64,000 bases of DNA, taken from IMG/VR virus record IMGVR_UViG_3300037515_000251, positions 7,926 to 71,925 of that record. The stretch is one strand, 5' to 3'. The notes beneath the pieces were generated by a model that saw only the letters and a list, made by a program, of their open reading frames with translations, did no database searches and had not been told where the DNA came from. Positions 47,927-57,490 of the stretch are shown here, piece by piece. Source of the DNA: a virus. Numbering within the stretch: position 1 is the first letter of the stretch; each line of letters opens with the position of its first letter. The translations under genes and the position numbers were made by a program.

Positions 47927-50668
47927 TTGAAACGACTGCTTGCCGCTGTTCTCCTGATCGCCGGTAGCCTGTTCGGGCAGAACCCGAACGACGCCCAATA
48001 CCCCGACTCGGTGCTCACCGAGCTTCAGGCCACGATTCAGTCGAACGAGGTCGTCACCGGCCAGATGGCGCTTTCGGCCGGCCACAACTCGACCGCGCTG
48101 ACGATTTCGCTGGTGGACGCCACGAACCTGATCGTGCCGTCGTCTATCCAGGTTGGCAACGAGATCATCCTGATTCAGTCGAAGGCGGCGAACGATCTGA
48201 CCGTGTTTTCGTCGTCGCTGACGGCGAACGACTGCACCAACGCAACGCCGATCGTGGTCACTACGACCACGGCGCACGCGCTGACCGGGCGGGAGCGGGT
48301 GACGATTACCGGCGTTACCGGCAACACGAACTGCAACGTGACGGCCAACGCCATCGCTGTGCTTTCGACGACCACCTTCTCGCTGACCGGCGTGAACGGC
48401 AATGGAGCCTACCTCGCGGGCGGCGCCGTGACGGCCACGGGGCGCGGCTTCGACGGCTCAACCCCGGCCTCGCACGTCACCGGGGCGCTGGTCGAGCCGA
48501 ATATCGTGGCTCATCATGTCAACCAGCACACCGCAGAGATTCGGGCGATGCAGTCCGAACTCGGTGTCAGTTTGGCCAACGTGGCCGTGCTGAATCGGTC
48601 GAATGTGTTTACCGGGGTGCAGCAGACCTTTACATCGTCGGCCACGCGCGCGGCGGCGAGAATCCTGTGCGCGGCGCTGCCATCGGCCCCGGAAACCGGC
48701 GACGTGGCCTGCGATTCGGGGGATTCGAACATCTTCAAGGTGTGGAACGGGTCTGCATGGGTTTCCCTTGGCGGAGCATCGACCCACGATTTGCTCAGCG
48801 CTACCCACACCGATACAGCCGTGGGCACGGTGGTTCGCGGCGATCTGATTACCGGACAGACGGCCACACCGGCATGGACCAGGCTGGCGATCGGGGCGGC
48901 GAACCGTTATCTGTCTTCCGATGGAACGGATGTAGCTTGGGGACAGGTGGCTTTCTCGCAGCTTTCCGGGGCTGCAACCCTCTCGCAATTGCCGTTCGGG
49001 ACGGCGAACCAGGTTCTCGGCACCAACGCCGGGGCGACTGCTCAGGAGCACAAGACGCTCGGCGTGGGCACTACCGGGACCGACTTTGCCATCGCCCATG
49101 CCGCGAACTCGATTGTCTTCAACCTGCCGACCGCCAGCGCCTCGAATCGCGGGGCACTTTCCACGGCGGACTGGAGCACGTTCAACGCCAAGGCCGCTGG
49201 AACCCACGCCAGCCAGCACACGGCGGGCGGGGCCGATATCGTCACGGTCGATGGCACCGACGCCGGGGCTGGAACGACGCGGACGGCATGGAACCCGATC
49301 AAGATCTCGCGCCACGATACCGACTGCACATCCCTGACGGATGGAGCGGCTGGCGAGCCGTGCTACGAAGAGGACGCCGACACGCTTTATGTCTGCGAGC
49401 CTACGGCTGGCGGCTGTGACACGGCGGCGGAATGGCGGCTGGTAAGCGGGGCTGGATCGGCCATCGACGTTCAAAACAGCGACGTATCGATCTCGAACCC
49501 GGCCTCGGTGCTCGATTTCTCAGCCGAGTTCACCGTGACCGAATCGCCCGCCGGAGAGGCGAATATCGCGCTTGCTGGCGGCGGAATCGGAAACACCCGC
49601 AACTATACGACACTGTTCACTTCGACGACCAGCGTCACGGTCACCGGAACGGCCCATGGATTCAATCATGGGGCCATCATCGTCCAGTGCTACGACCAGG
49701 CGGTTCCGAAAGCGAAAGTAGAACCGAACACGGTTACCATCGCTCCGGCGACCTACAACGTCACGATCACGTTCTCGACGGCCCAGTCTGGCGAGTGCAT
49801 CCTGGCGGCCTCGGGGGGTGGCACGGCGGATTCAGCCTATGCCGGACTCTACATCTCGACCCCCGCCGCTACGGGACCGTTTGCCGCTGGAACTTACGTC
49901 AAACTCGCCGGAACGTACTCGAATCTGAGCGCCGGGCCGGATGACTTCGATGAACCCGTGGATGGGCGCCTGCGCTACATCGGGGCACGCACCCTGGTCT
50001 TCAACGCCTACGTGTCGGTCTCGTTGTCGATCGATGCGGCGGCCACAGTCAGCGTCCGCCTGGCCCGCAACGGAACCACGATCGCCGATTCCCAGCAAGA
50101 CGTGAACATGGCCACGGCCAGTGTGGCCTATCCGATTTCGCTGCATACCCAGGTGGGCTTGGCGACGAACGACTACCTCGAAGTATTTGTCGATCACGAC
50201 TCGGGTTCCGCCAAGACCGTAACCGCCGAACTGCTGACGATGACGGCGACCCCGGCCACCGGAGTCGCGAACAACGAAGGCAACCCCTGCTGGCAGAAAT
50301 ACACGATCGACGAGACGGCGCTGACCGACGCGGACACGAGCGAGGACGAGACGCTGTTCACCTGCTCGCAGTTCTGCAAGATTCGCGGCGCGGTCGTCAA
50401 GCACTCGGAGGCATTCACCGGCGGAACGCTTTCGGCTATGACGGTCAGCGTGGGAACCACTGGCACGCCAACGAGGTATACGAGCGCATTCGATATTTTC
50501 CAGGCGGCTGCCGACACGACCTTTCAGGACACCGACCTGATGAAATCGGAGACGATGGCGGCGGCGGGGCACAGCGTGATCGCTCAGTTCGTTTCGACCG
50601 GCGATAACGTGGTGAATGCGACGGCCGGGAGTGTCGATATCTGGGTTTGCTCGGAGACAATCCAGTGA
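47927..50668 (+). CDS. tail-fibre-like / receptor-binding protein (913 aa) with signal-peptide-like N-terminus
   Basis: MKRLLAAVLLIAGSLFGQ hydrophobic N-terminus; T/S/A/G-rich beta-rich composition typical of fibres; N-terminus paralogous to 51093 gene. Confidence 0.4.
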   Translation: MKRLLAAVLLIAGSLFGQNPNDAQYPDSVLTELQATIQSNEVVTGQMALSAGHNSTALTISLVDATNLIVPSSIQVGNEIILIQSKAANDLTVFSSSLTANDCTNATPIVVTTTTAHALTGRERVTITGVTGNTNCNVTANAIAVLSTTTFSLTGVNGNGAYLAGGAVTATGRGFDGSTPASHVTGALVEPNIVAHHVNQHTAEIRAMQSELGVSLANVAVLNRSNVFTGVQQTFTSSATRAAARILCAALPSAPETGDVACDSGDSNIFKVWNGSAWVSLGGASTHDLLSATHTDTAVGTVVRGDLITGQTATPAWTRLAIGAANRYLSSDGTDVAWGQVAFSQLSGAATLSQLPFGTANQVLGTNAGATAQEHKTLGVGTTGTDFAIAHAANSIVFNLPTASASNRGALSTADWSTFNAKAAGTHASQHTAGGADIVTVDGTDAGAGTTRTAWNPIKISRHDTDCTSLTDGAAGEPCYEEDADTLYVCEPTAGGCDTAAEWRLVSGAGSAIDVQNSDVSISNPASVLDFSAEFTVTESPAGEANIALAGGGIGNTRNYTTLFTSTTSVTVTGTAHGFNHGAIIVQCYDQAVPKAKVEPNTVTIAPATYNVTITFSTAQSGECILAASGGGTADSAYAGLYISTPAATGPFAAGTYVKLAGTYSNLSAGPDDFDEPVDGRLRYIGARTLVFNAYVSVSLSIDAAATVSVRLARNGTTIADSQQDVNMATASVAYPISLHTQVGLATNDYLEVFVDHDSGSAKTVTAELLTMTATPATGVANNEGNPCWQKYTIDETALTDADTSEDETLFTCSQFCKIRGAVVKHSEAFTGGTLSAMTVSVGTTGTPTRYTSAFDIFQAAADTTFQDTDLMKSETMAAAGHSVIAQFVSTGDNVVNATAGSVDIWVCSETIQ

Positions 50669-51092
50669 GAGACACAAGAACCACCTTTCAAGAAAAACGA
50701 CGGCCGCGACTTTTCTGGAAAGTCGTGCTTGTGATTATCGGCACGGCGGCTGCCCTGGCGCTGCTTGACGCGATTCTGCCGAAGGCTCCCGGCCAGCGCT
50801 CGGAAATCAGCAACCTGGATAACGCCTTGCGCGGGGGCATGGGAGCCGAGTTGGCGAGCGCAACGACGATCATTCCGACGAATCAAGTCCACGCGGTTAG
50901 CGGGATCGCGGCGATCAGCACAATCACCGCTCCATCCGGCATAAGGCCCGGAGATGTTCTGATCCTTATCCCCAAGGGCTTAATCACCTTTACTGCGACT
51001 GGCAACATCGCAATTGGAGTTACGGCCGTCGTCAATAGGGCTTTGATTCTGGTGTGGGATGGTACGGACTGGATTCCGAGTTATTTGCTATG

Positions 51093-51908
51093 AGATACGC
51101 ACGGTTCATCGCTCTTTTGTTGTTCGGTGTCAGTTTGGCACCAGGTCAGGCGGTCATCAACGGAGCGCGGGTGATGCCGGAGATCAGCTCTCCGTCCAGC
51201 CCGGCGGCGAACAGCTTGGCGGTTTACGTCTGCGACGACGCGGGAACCACGAAACTCTGCTCGAAGGATTCGGCGGGGACCGTGTCGATTGGCATCGGCA
51301 CTGGCGGAAATGGCGTGGCGCAGGGAGGCACCGGCCAGACCAGTTATACCAAGGGCGACCTGCTGTGCGCCACGGGGGCGACGACGCTCGCTAAACTTGC
51401 CGTTGGCACGGACGACCAGGTGCTTACCGCCGACAGCGCCGAAGCCTGCGGGGTGAAATGGGCGGCGGCGGCGGGCGGTGGCGCACAAACAGCCCAGCGG
51501 GCGACCATGTGGGCCGATGAGTTCACTCCGGGGGCTAGCTGTGCATCCATTACTACAACAATAGACGCGGCGCAGAATTATGCCTTTTATTCAAACTGTG
51601 CCGACAATGCCGATGGAGACGATTTCACAACATCATTTTCATTGGCTGCTGGCACCTACACAGTTTATGTGCTCGGCGTGACTTTCAATAATCGGGCGAT
51701 ACTCGACTGGGAAGTGGACGACGTATCGGTAGAGACGGGACAGGATTGGTATTCTGCTGGAGTTGTAGCTGGTGCCGTCAAAACATTCCCGATCACCGTA
51801 ACTGACGGATATCACAAACTCGAAGGAATCGTGAACGGCAAGAACGCATCGTCCTCGGCATTCATTGTCACACTTACAAAGATTTGGATCAAACCAGCAG
51901 CGGATTAG
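51093..51908 (+). CDS. tail-fibre-like protein with signal-peptide-like N-terminus
   Basis: MRYARFIALLLFGVSLAPGQA; G/T/A-rich; C-terminal ~90 aa has a frameless paralogue immediately downstream. Confidence 0.4.
   Translation, partial: RYARFIALLLFGVSLAPGQAVINGARVMPEISSPSSPAANSLAVYVCDDAGTTKLCSKDSAGTVSIGIGTGGNGVAQGGTGQTSYTKGDLLCATGATTLAKLAVGTDDQVLTADSAEACGVKWAAAAGGGAQTAQRATMWADEFTPGASCASITTTIDAAQNYAFYSNCADNADGDDFTTSFSLAAGTYTVYVLGVTFNNRAILDWEVDDVSVETGQDWYSAGVVAGAVKTFPITVTDGYHKLEGIVNGKNASSSAFIVTLTKIWIKPAAD
51127..51141. repeat. genome-wide palindrome copy inside CDS
   Basis: within signal-peptide-like coding region of 51093 gene. Confidence 0.9.
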
Positions 51909-51935
51909 GATTACATTATTATGCTCAAACCTGAA

Positions 51936-52212
51936 GACTTAGCACCAGTACAGCGCCGGGAACCTACGAGTTTTCGGCTCTCGGGCCACAGTTCACCAAT
52001 CGCGGAATCATCGATTGGTACATCGACGACGTACTGATCGGAACACAGGATTGGAATGGGGGCTTGGCATACAACGTCGTCAAGACCATCGGAGGCGTTG
52101 CACTCGAAGGTGGACGGCACACGCTCAAGGGAGTCATTAACGGCAAAAACGAAGCGTCGTCTGGGTTCGCGATGACGCTCACGAAATACTGGCTTCTTCG
52201 GACTGGTGATTG
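51936..52212 (+). pseudogene. start-less paralogous copy of the C-terminal domain of gene 51093-51908 (alternative fibre-tip cassette or gene remnant)
   Basis: translation GTYEFSALGPQFTNRGIIDWYIDDVLIGTQDWNGG…GVINGKNEASSGFAMTLTKYWLLRTGD aligns with …GTYTVYVLGVTFNNRAILDWEVDDVSVETGQDWYSAG…GIVNGKNASSSAFIVTLTKIWIKPAAD; in-frame stop at 51933-51935 and no ATG. Confidence 0.5.
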
Positions 52213-52275
52213 ATCGGTGAATGCCCTACCAGCACACGACCTGGCCCACCCTGAAGATAGCGCTGCCCGATAGCA

Positions 52276-53103
52276 ATGCACTATGACACCGACCGCCTGC
52301 GTGAGCAGATCGCCGCCCGCCGCGAGGCGAAGCAGAGGTTGTTCGTGCGGCGCGTCGTTTTCGTGGGCTTGATGACCTTGTTTGCATTGGCGTTGCTCTA
52401 CTTCTGGCCGCCGCGAGCGCTTGGGGCCGACCTCACATTCTCGTTCCACCGCCAGCCCGACGAGGAAAAGCACACGCCCTGGTATCTCTGCGTCGAGAAC
52501 CTGTCTCCCGAACCGGCCCGCGTGCGGCTGGCGGACATCTACCGGGCGGCTGGCGGAAACGTGGCGCTCTACGACCCCGGCAAGCTGTCGAACGTTATGC
52601 GCCACAAGCCGCGGGCGAAGTGGCTCAGGGCGCTTGGGATCGCCGGGGCCGCGGCCTCGATTGTGATTCCGCTGGCCGGGGTGAAGGAAATCGGCGTCAA
52701 CCTGATTGGGCCGGCCCTGAGCGGCGGAACCGCCATCGCCGTCCCGGCCATTGAGGCAAACCAGCGCTTTGAAGTCGGGATTGAGGGCTACTGGACGACC
52801 GATCACCTGCTCGACGCCCGCGAGGCCCGCTGCTCTCGCGTAATGTCGGCACGGTCGAAGGATACTCTGGCGACGTTCACATTCGAGAGCCGGGATGTGC
52901 GGGCGGAAATGTTCCACGAAGCACAACACGAGCAGGATGAATTGATTCCATTCAGCAGCCTGAAGGTGGAGCACGGCGGGGCCTACACATTGCCCGGCGA
53001 TTGTGTTTCGTGCCAAACTGACACTGCCATGTTACAGCCGCCGTGCAGGCCGTCCGCCGTGGTTGAAGAGGATGGAGTCGAGCCGTGCGCTTGGGTAGAC
53101 TAG
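52276..53103 (+). CDS. hypothetical membrane-anchored protein
   Basis: 275 aa, TM helix near N-terminus, strong GC3 bias (antisense 350-aa ORF rejected); palindromic motif lies inside its 3' end. Confidence 0.4.
   Translation: MHYDTDRLREQIAARREAKQRLFVRRVVFVGLMTLFALALLYFWPPRALGADLTFSFHRQPDEEKHTPWYLCVENLSPEPARVRLADIYRAAGGNVALYDPGKLSNVMRHKPRAKWLRALGIAGAAASIVIPLAGVKEIGVNLIGPALSGGTAIAVPAIEANQRFEVGIEGYWTTDHLLDAREARCSRVMSARSKDTLATFTFESRDVRAEMFHEAQHEQDELIPFSSLKVEHGGAYTLPGDCVSCQTDTAMLQPPCRPSAVVEEDGVEPCAWVD
53010..53024. repeat. genome-wide palindrome copy inside CDS 3' end
   Basis: within 52276-53103. Confidence 0.9.
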
Positions 53104-53107
53104 CGGT

Positions 53108-53614
53108 ATGCCCCAGAACCCAGCCACGTTTTCCGGCACGCCCTACGGCCCGCTGGCGGAAATCGGGAACACGATCCCGCAAGGCAGGCTGGCCCTAGCC
53201 CCGAACGCGATCATTCCCTACGGTGTACTCGCCATGCCAGATTCCGGCAACTACCTCCACATGACCAGGGGAGACGGCTTCCCGATCCCGATCGACGTTT
53301 GGATCGGCGTGGACTCCTATGATCTCACTGCGCACGATATCTGGGCGACGTTCAAGAGCGATCTGCTGCTGACCGACGCCCAGGCCGAGATTCAGAAGAC
53401 GCTTGGCGCCGGGATCGCGGTCTCGACCAACGTGGATACGCAGGTCGATCAGCGGCTCACGATCACGCTGGTCGAGGCCGACACGAACCAGTTGCCGAAC
53501 GTGGACACCTACCTGCACATGGACGTACAGATCAAGCAGCCGGGCAGCGACGATCCCTGGACGATCTATCGGGGCATTCTGGAAATCCGCTCGGAAGTGA
53601 CGCTGAGTTCGTAG
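53108..53614 (+). CDS. hypothetical protein
   Basis: 168-aa ORF. Confidence 0.4.
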   Translation: MPQNPATFSGTPYGPLAEIGNTIPQGRLALAPNAIIPYGVLAMPDSGNYLHMTRGDGFPIPIDVWIGVDSYDLTAHDIWATFKSDLLLTDAQAEIQKTLGAGIAVSTNVDTQVDQRLTITLVEADTNQLPNVDTYLHMDVQIKQPGSDDPWTIYRGILEIRSEVTLSS

Positions 53615-54091
53615 ATGAACAAGCCGATCGACACCATTGAAGCCCGTGGTAGTTTAGGGGGGCAACCTTTTCACGGCAATGAATCTGGGCTTTGCTGGCT
53701 GATTGAAGACGCCACGGGAGAGTGCCGGATCGCCCACAAGCCGTGCCGGTTTCACCGTGGCGGTGGATATCACGGTGGGGTACTGCCTGAATTCTGCCCG
53801 CTCCGCGAGGGGCCGGTAACAATTTCTCTTCATTCCTGGCACTACGATGAGACTGTCCAGCGGGACAACCCAACCGTGGAGCAACGCATCGCGGCGATCC
53901 CAATCGAAGCGCAAATCGACGAGGCTACGGAGGCTGAGTTGCGTAAGGCCGGAAATCCGTTTTGGCGGCTGGACGACGAGTTGGAGAGGGAAGGCAAGTA
54001 CGCGCAATTCGCCGCCGAAACCAGACACAAGGTTGCCTGCGGCCTCCATGACCGCAACCTGGAGCAGTTGATCTCAAAGAGTGCCGTCTAA
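53615..54091 (+). CDS. hypothetical protein
   Basis: 158-aa ORF abutting terminase gene. Confidence 0.4.
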   Translation: MNKPIDTIEARGSLGGQPFHGNESGLCWLIEDATGECRIAHKPCRFHRGGGYHGGVLPEFCPLREGPVTISLHSWHYDETVQRDNPTVEQRIAAIPIEAQIDEATEAELRKAGNPFWRLDDELEREGKYAQFAAETRHKVACGLHDRNLEQLISKSAV

Positions 54092-56366
54092 GCCTAAATA
54101 CCGCGCCGAGAAGCTGTCCGCCGATGGGGTCCGTAAGCGGCAGGCGTGGACGCGCCCGCCAGAGGCGATCGTTCTCGACTCGCTCACCTACGACTCGCTC
54201 AAGCACGAACTCCACAACAAGCCAGTCTGGGAAGCGAACGCCTGCTACCTCTGCACAGGCCATCAGGTTCTTTCCCGCTACACGGCGCTGCTCCATTTCC
54301 AGTGGATGCACATCGACATCCTCAACGGCGGCCCGGCCACGCCCGAGGACGAAGCCGGTATCCGCAAGCTGGTAGGGGCGATCCGGCAGGAGTATGGGGT
54401 CGATGCGCCCTGGCCGAAGGGCGATCCGGTGATCTGTCCGGCCTGCGGAGGGACCGGGAAGGGGCCGCAGCATTTGGCGCTGACGACGTTGGCGGATGAA
54501 ATCTTCTTCGGCGGCGAAAAGGGCGGCGGCAAGACGTCCGCCATGACCTTTTGGATGGTCCACGGCAACCCGGATCAGCCGCAGTATGACGACCAGGGAC
54601 GGGCGATCTGGCACAACCAGGCGTATTATCATCACCCGGCGTACCGCGGCTTGGTGGTCCGCAAAAACCAGGAGGATTTGAGCGGCTGGCTGAAATACGC
54701 CATCCCGTTCTACCAGAAACTCGGGGCGGAATACCTGAAAGCCGAGGGCACATTTGAATGGGCTTCGGGCGCCGTGATCTGGACCGGACACCTGGCGGAC
54801 GCCAAATCGTATCAGAAGTACATGGGCAAGCCCGAGCTTCACCGGCTGGCTATCGAGGAAATCACGCAGTTGCCAGAGGAAGAGTTGTACGAGCAGATGC
54901 GCTCGAACGTGCGGACGACGCACCCGGAGTTGCACCCGCAGATTTTCAACTCGGCGAACCCGATCGGACCAGGTAAGCAGTGGGTCGCCGACCGTTTCGT
55001 GCGGATGAAAGACGAAAACGGCAATCGCATTCCGCGCAAGACGCTGGCGACATTCTTCGTGCCTAACCCGTTCACCGGCAAGAAAATGCCCCGCACGCGC
55101 ATCTTCATCCCGGCCGGCCTGCGCGACAACCCGCACATCGACAAGGGCTATCTGGGCGTGCTGGCCGGCCTGTCGCCGCGGCTGCAAAAAGCGTACCTCC
55201 AGGGCGATTGGGAGTCGATGGAAGGGCAATACTTCCACACGTTCCGCGATCCAGATGCACAGAACTTGGCTGCATACAACGAACCCGAGAATGCCTGCCA
55301 TGTGATTAAGCGCCGCAAGGAACCGCCGTTCTACCCGAAACTGGACCACTGGTGGGCGCGGCAAATGGGCGGCGACTGGGGTAGCGAGCATGAAGCATCG
55401 TACCACTGGGGCTGCCGCGATCCGTACACGTCCCGGCTGCACGTCTACCGGGAGTTTGTGTGCTCGAAGACGACAGCGGTATCGCAGGGCGTCCGCATTG
55501 CCGAGTTGAGCCGCGACGACCTGGAGCGGCTACCGGATCACTCGATGACGCTGTGGTACTCGCGAGATGCCTTCATTCAGCGTTCGAACGACGAAGGAAT
55601 GACCAGTCTGGTCGAATTGCTTGCTCGTGGAATCGCCATGGTGCTCGGCCCGGACGCGATCTCGGTTCCGGGATTACAGCAGCTTGCGGCCAGCACCCAA
55701 GATTATTCCTGGGACGACCGGCCCCGGTTCCGCCAGGAATTCAATGAGTTTCAGCAGTCGTTGGCAATCCAGAAGAGTTCGGGCATCACAATCCGCATGT
55801 GCAATTCCAACCGCGTACTCGGCTGGAACTACATTCGGGAAGGTTTCGAGTGGCTGGACCCCGTGGCGGCCGATGGCGAGTACAGCCAGGAGCTTGAGCT
55901 GAAGATCAGCCGCGAGTTCGGCATGGTCGAGGCCGAGCGCTACCGCAACCGCTTCAACCGCCAGAAGGTAGTTCGCCCGTGGCTTCAGATTTGGGATACC
56001 TGCCCGCGGCTGCGGGCGGCCATTCCGCGTGCGCAAGCTGACGACCGCAACCCCGAGGATGTGAGCAAGAAGCACTTCACGGGGGCCGACGTCATCGATA
56101 GTTTTCGCTACCTTGTAGTTGGCTTCCGCGACGACCCTTCGCCGATTCCGCCGGAAGTCCAGAAGATGCACGCGATCGATGCGTTCAAGGCGACTAATCC
56201 GAACCACACCTTCGATGACCTGGTGCGGTTCAACGAAGCATTGGAGCGGGCCGAAAAAGCGACTGGCGGGCCGTTGCATTATGCTACATTAGGACGCAGG
56301 GCGACCATGGCGGGCCGGATTCTGAAGCAGGCATGGGGCCGCCGGCCGCAAGGGAGTTTGCAGTGA
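54081..56366 (+). CDS. terL: terminase large subunit (ATPase + nuclease) with N-terminal Zn-ribbon extension
   Basis: Walker A-like GGEKGGGKTSAM, Walker B LAIEEITQL, RNaseH-like C-terminal half (…DVIDSFRY…); CPACGGTG upstream of ATPase. Confidence 0.65.
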   Translation: MPSKPKYRAEKLSADGVRKRQAWTRPPEAIVLDSLTYDSLKHELHNKPVWEANACYLCTGHQVLSRYTALLHFQWMHIDILNGGPATPEDEAGIRKLVGAIRQEYGVDAPWPKGDPVICPACGGTGKGPQHLALTTLADEIFFGGEKGGGKTSAMTFWMVHGNPDQPQYDDQGRAIWHNQAYYHHPAYRGLVVRKNQEDLSGWLKYAIPFYQKLGAEYLKAEGTFEWASGAVIWTGHLADAKSYQKYMGKPELHRLAIEEITQLPEEELYEQMRSNVRTTHPELHPQIFNSANPIGPGKQWVADRFVRMKDENGNRIPRKTLATFFVPNPFTGKKMPRTRIFIPAGLRDNPHIDKGYLGVLAGLSPRLQKAYLQGDWESMEGQYFHTFRDPDAQNLAAYNEPENACHVIKRRKEPPFYPKLDHWWARQMGGDWGSEHEASYHWGCRDPYTSRLHVYREFVCSKTTAVSQGVRIAELSRDDLERLPDHSMTLWYSRDAFIQRSNDEGMTSLVELLARGIAMVLGPDAISVPGLQQLAASTQDYSWDDRPRFRQEFNEFQQSLAIQKSSGITIRMCNSNRVLGWNYIREGFEWLDPVAADGEYSQELELKISREFGMVEAERYRNRFNRQKVVRPWLQIWDTCPRLRAAIPRAQADDRNPEDVSKKHFTGADVIDSFRYLVVGFRDDPSPIPPEVQKMHAIDAFKATNPNHTFDDLVRFNEALERAEKATGGPLHYATLGRRATMAGRILKQAWGRRPQGSLQ

Positions 56367-56670
56367 GCGAAGTCTGGAAGACGACGATTCCCGATCTGAT
56401 TCTTTGGCAGGTGGTCAAGCCAGGAGAGGTCGCCGAAGTATCGGTGTCGGTGCATCGCGACGCGCTGACAGGGAAGCGCTCGATCTCGGTACAAATCAAC
56501 GAACGTGATATGGCGTTCGATCTTGATGATGGCAAACCCCTTGGTTCTGGGATTGCCGTGTACTGGGGGCCATCGAAGGACTGGGCGCGTGAATTCGACA
56601 GAGTTAATCAGGGAGCTACTGGAATCGAACCGATTCGAAGCGGTACAAGATTGTCAGGGGGCCTCCGATA

Positions 56671-57072
56671 ATGTGGTTCCAGCGCGACGACACGGTTTAC
56701 CGGGAACGGGAAGAATTGCGGGCACGCAACGCCGAACTGCACGCCGCGAACGGGCAACTGCGCGAAACCATCGAAGGCTTGCGCCAGCAGGTTGCCGAGT
56801 TGCAAGGGCGGATTATTGAGGATAACCACCGCATCATCGATCACTTCGCCATGCGGGCCACGAACAGCCCGGTATTCGCCAACCCGCCGGAGCAGCCGGC
56901 GCCGGTCATGCAGGCCGACCCCAGGCCGCGGCTTGAAGATATCGCCGAGCGGGAAACGCGCAAGTTTTACCAGAACCACCGGATTGCCGGGCTTGGCCTT
57001 CCGCTGACCCCCCAGGTAGCGCCGGCCGATATGAACGCCAGAATGGCCGACCCCATAGCACAGGAGCAATAG
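56671..57072 (+). CDS. hypothetical coiled-coil protein
   Basis: 133-aa ORF. Confidence 0.35.
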   Translation: MWFQRDDTVYREREELRARNAELHAANGQLRETIEGLRQQVAELQGRIIEDNHRIIDHFAMRATNSPVFANPPEQPAPVMQADPRPRLEDIAERETRKFYQNHRIAGLGLPLTPQVAPADMNARMADPIAQEQ

Positions 57073-57076
57073 AAGA

Positions 57077-57490
57077 ATGCGTACCAGGCGTGAAATGTTC
57101 ACAATTCCAGCACTCTCGATCGCTGCGGGAACGATGGTGATCGCTCAAAATACGGTAAAATCACCAGAGACAGCCCATCTTTACGAGTCATTCGACGCAC
57201 AAGATTGGGCCAAGGCGTTCGTCTCGATCGCAAAGGCCAATCCGTCCGTGCCGTTCGATGAAGAAACTATGGTGACATGGTTCGCCAGCGCGCTGATGCG
57301 AGGCTACGATGAGCACGCTAGCGAGGTGGAAGCGCAGGCCAGGATCGCCGGAAAGAGCGTTCACGAACACCTATCTCAGATCGAGCTTCGCGGCCGCGTT
57401 GCTCAGGGATGGTGCTCGGAGAAGAATTCCCACAAGGTGATGGACGGCGACTTGGCTGAGGCAATCGTTGAGCGTTTGATGGATGCCTGA
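57077..57490 (+). CDS. hypothetical protein
   Basis: 137-aa ORF. Confidence 0.35.
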   Translation: MRTRREMFTIPALSIAAGTMVIAQNTVKSPETAHLYESFDAQDWAKAFVSIAKANPSVPFDEETMVTWFASALMRGYDEHASEVEAQARIAGKSVHEHLSQIELRGRVAQGWCSEKNSHKVMDGDLAEAIVERLMDA

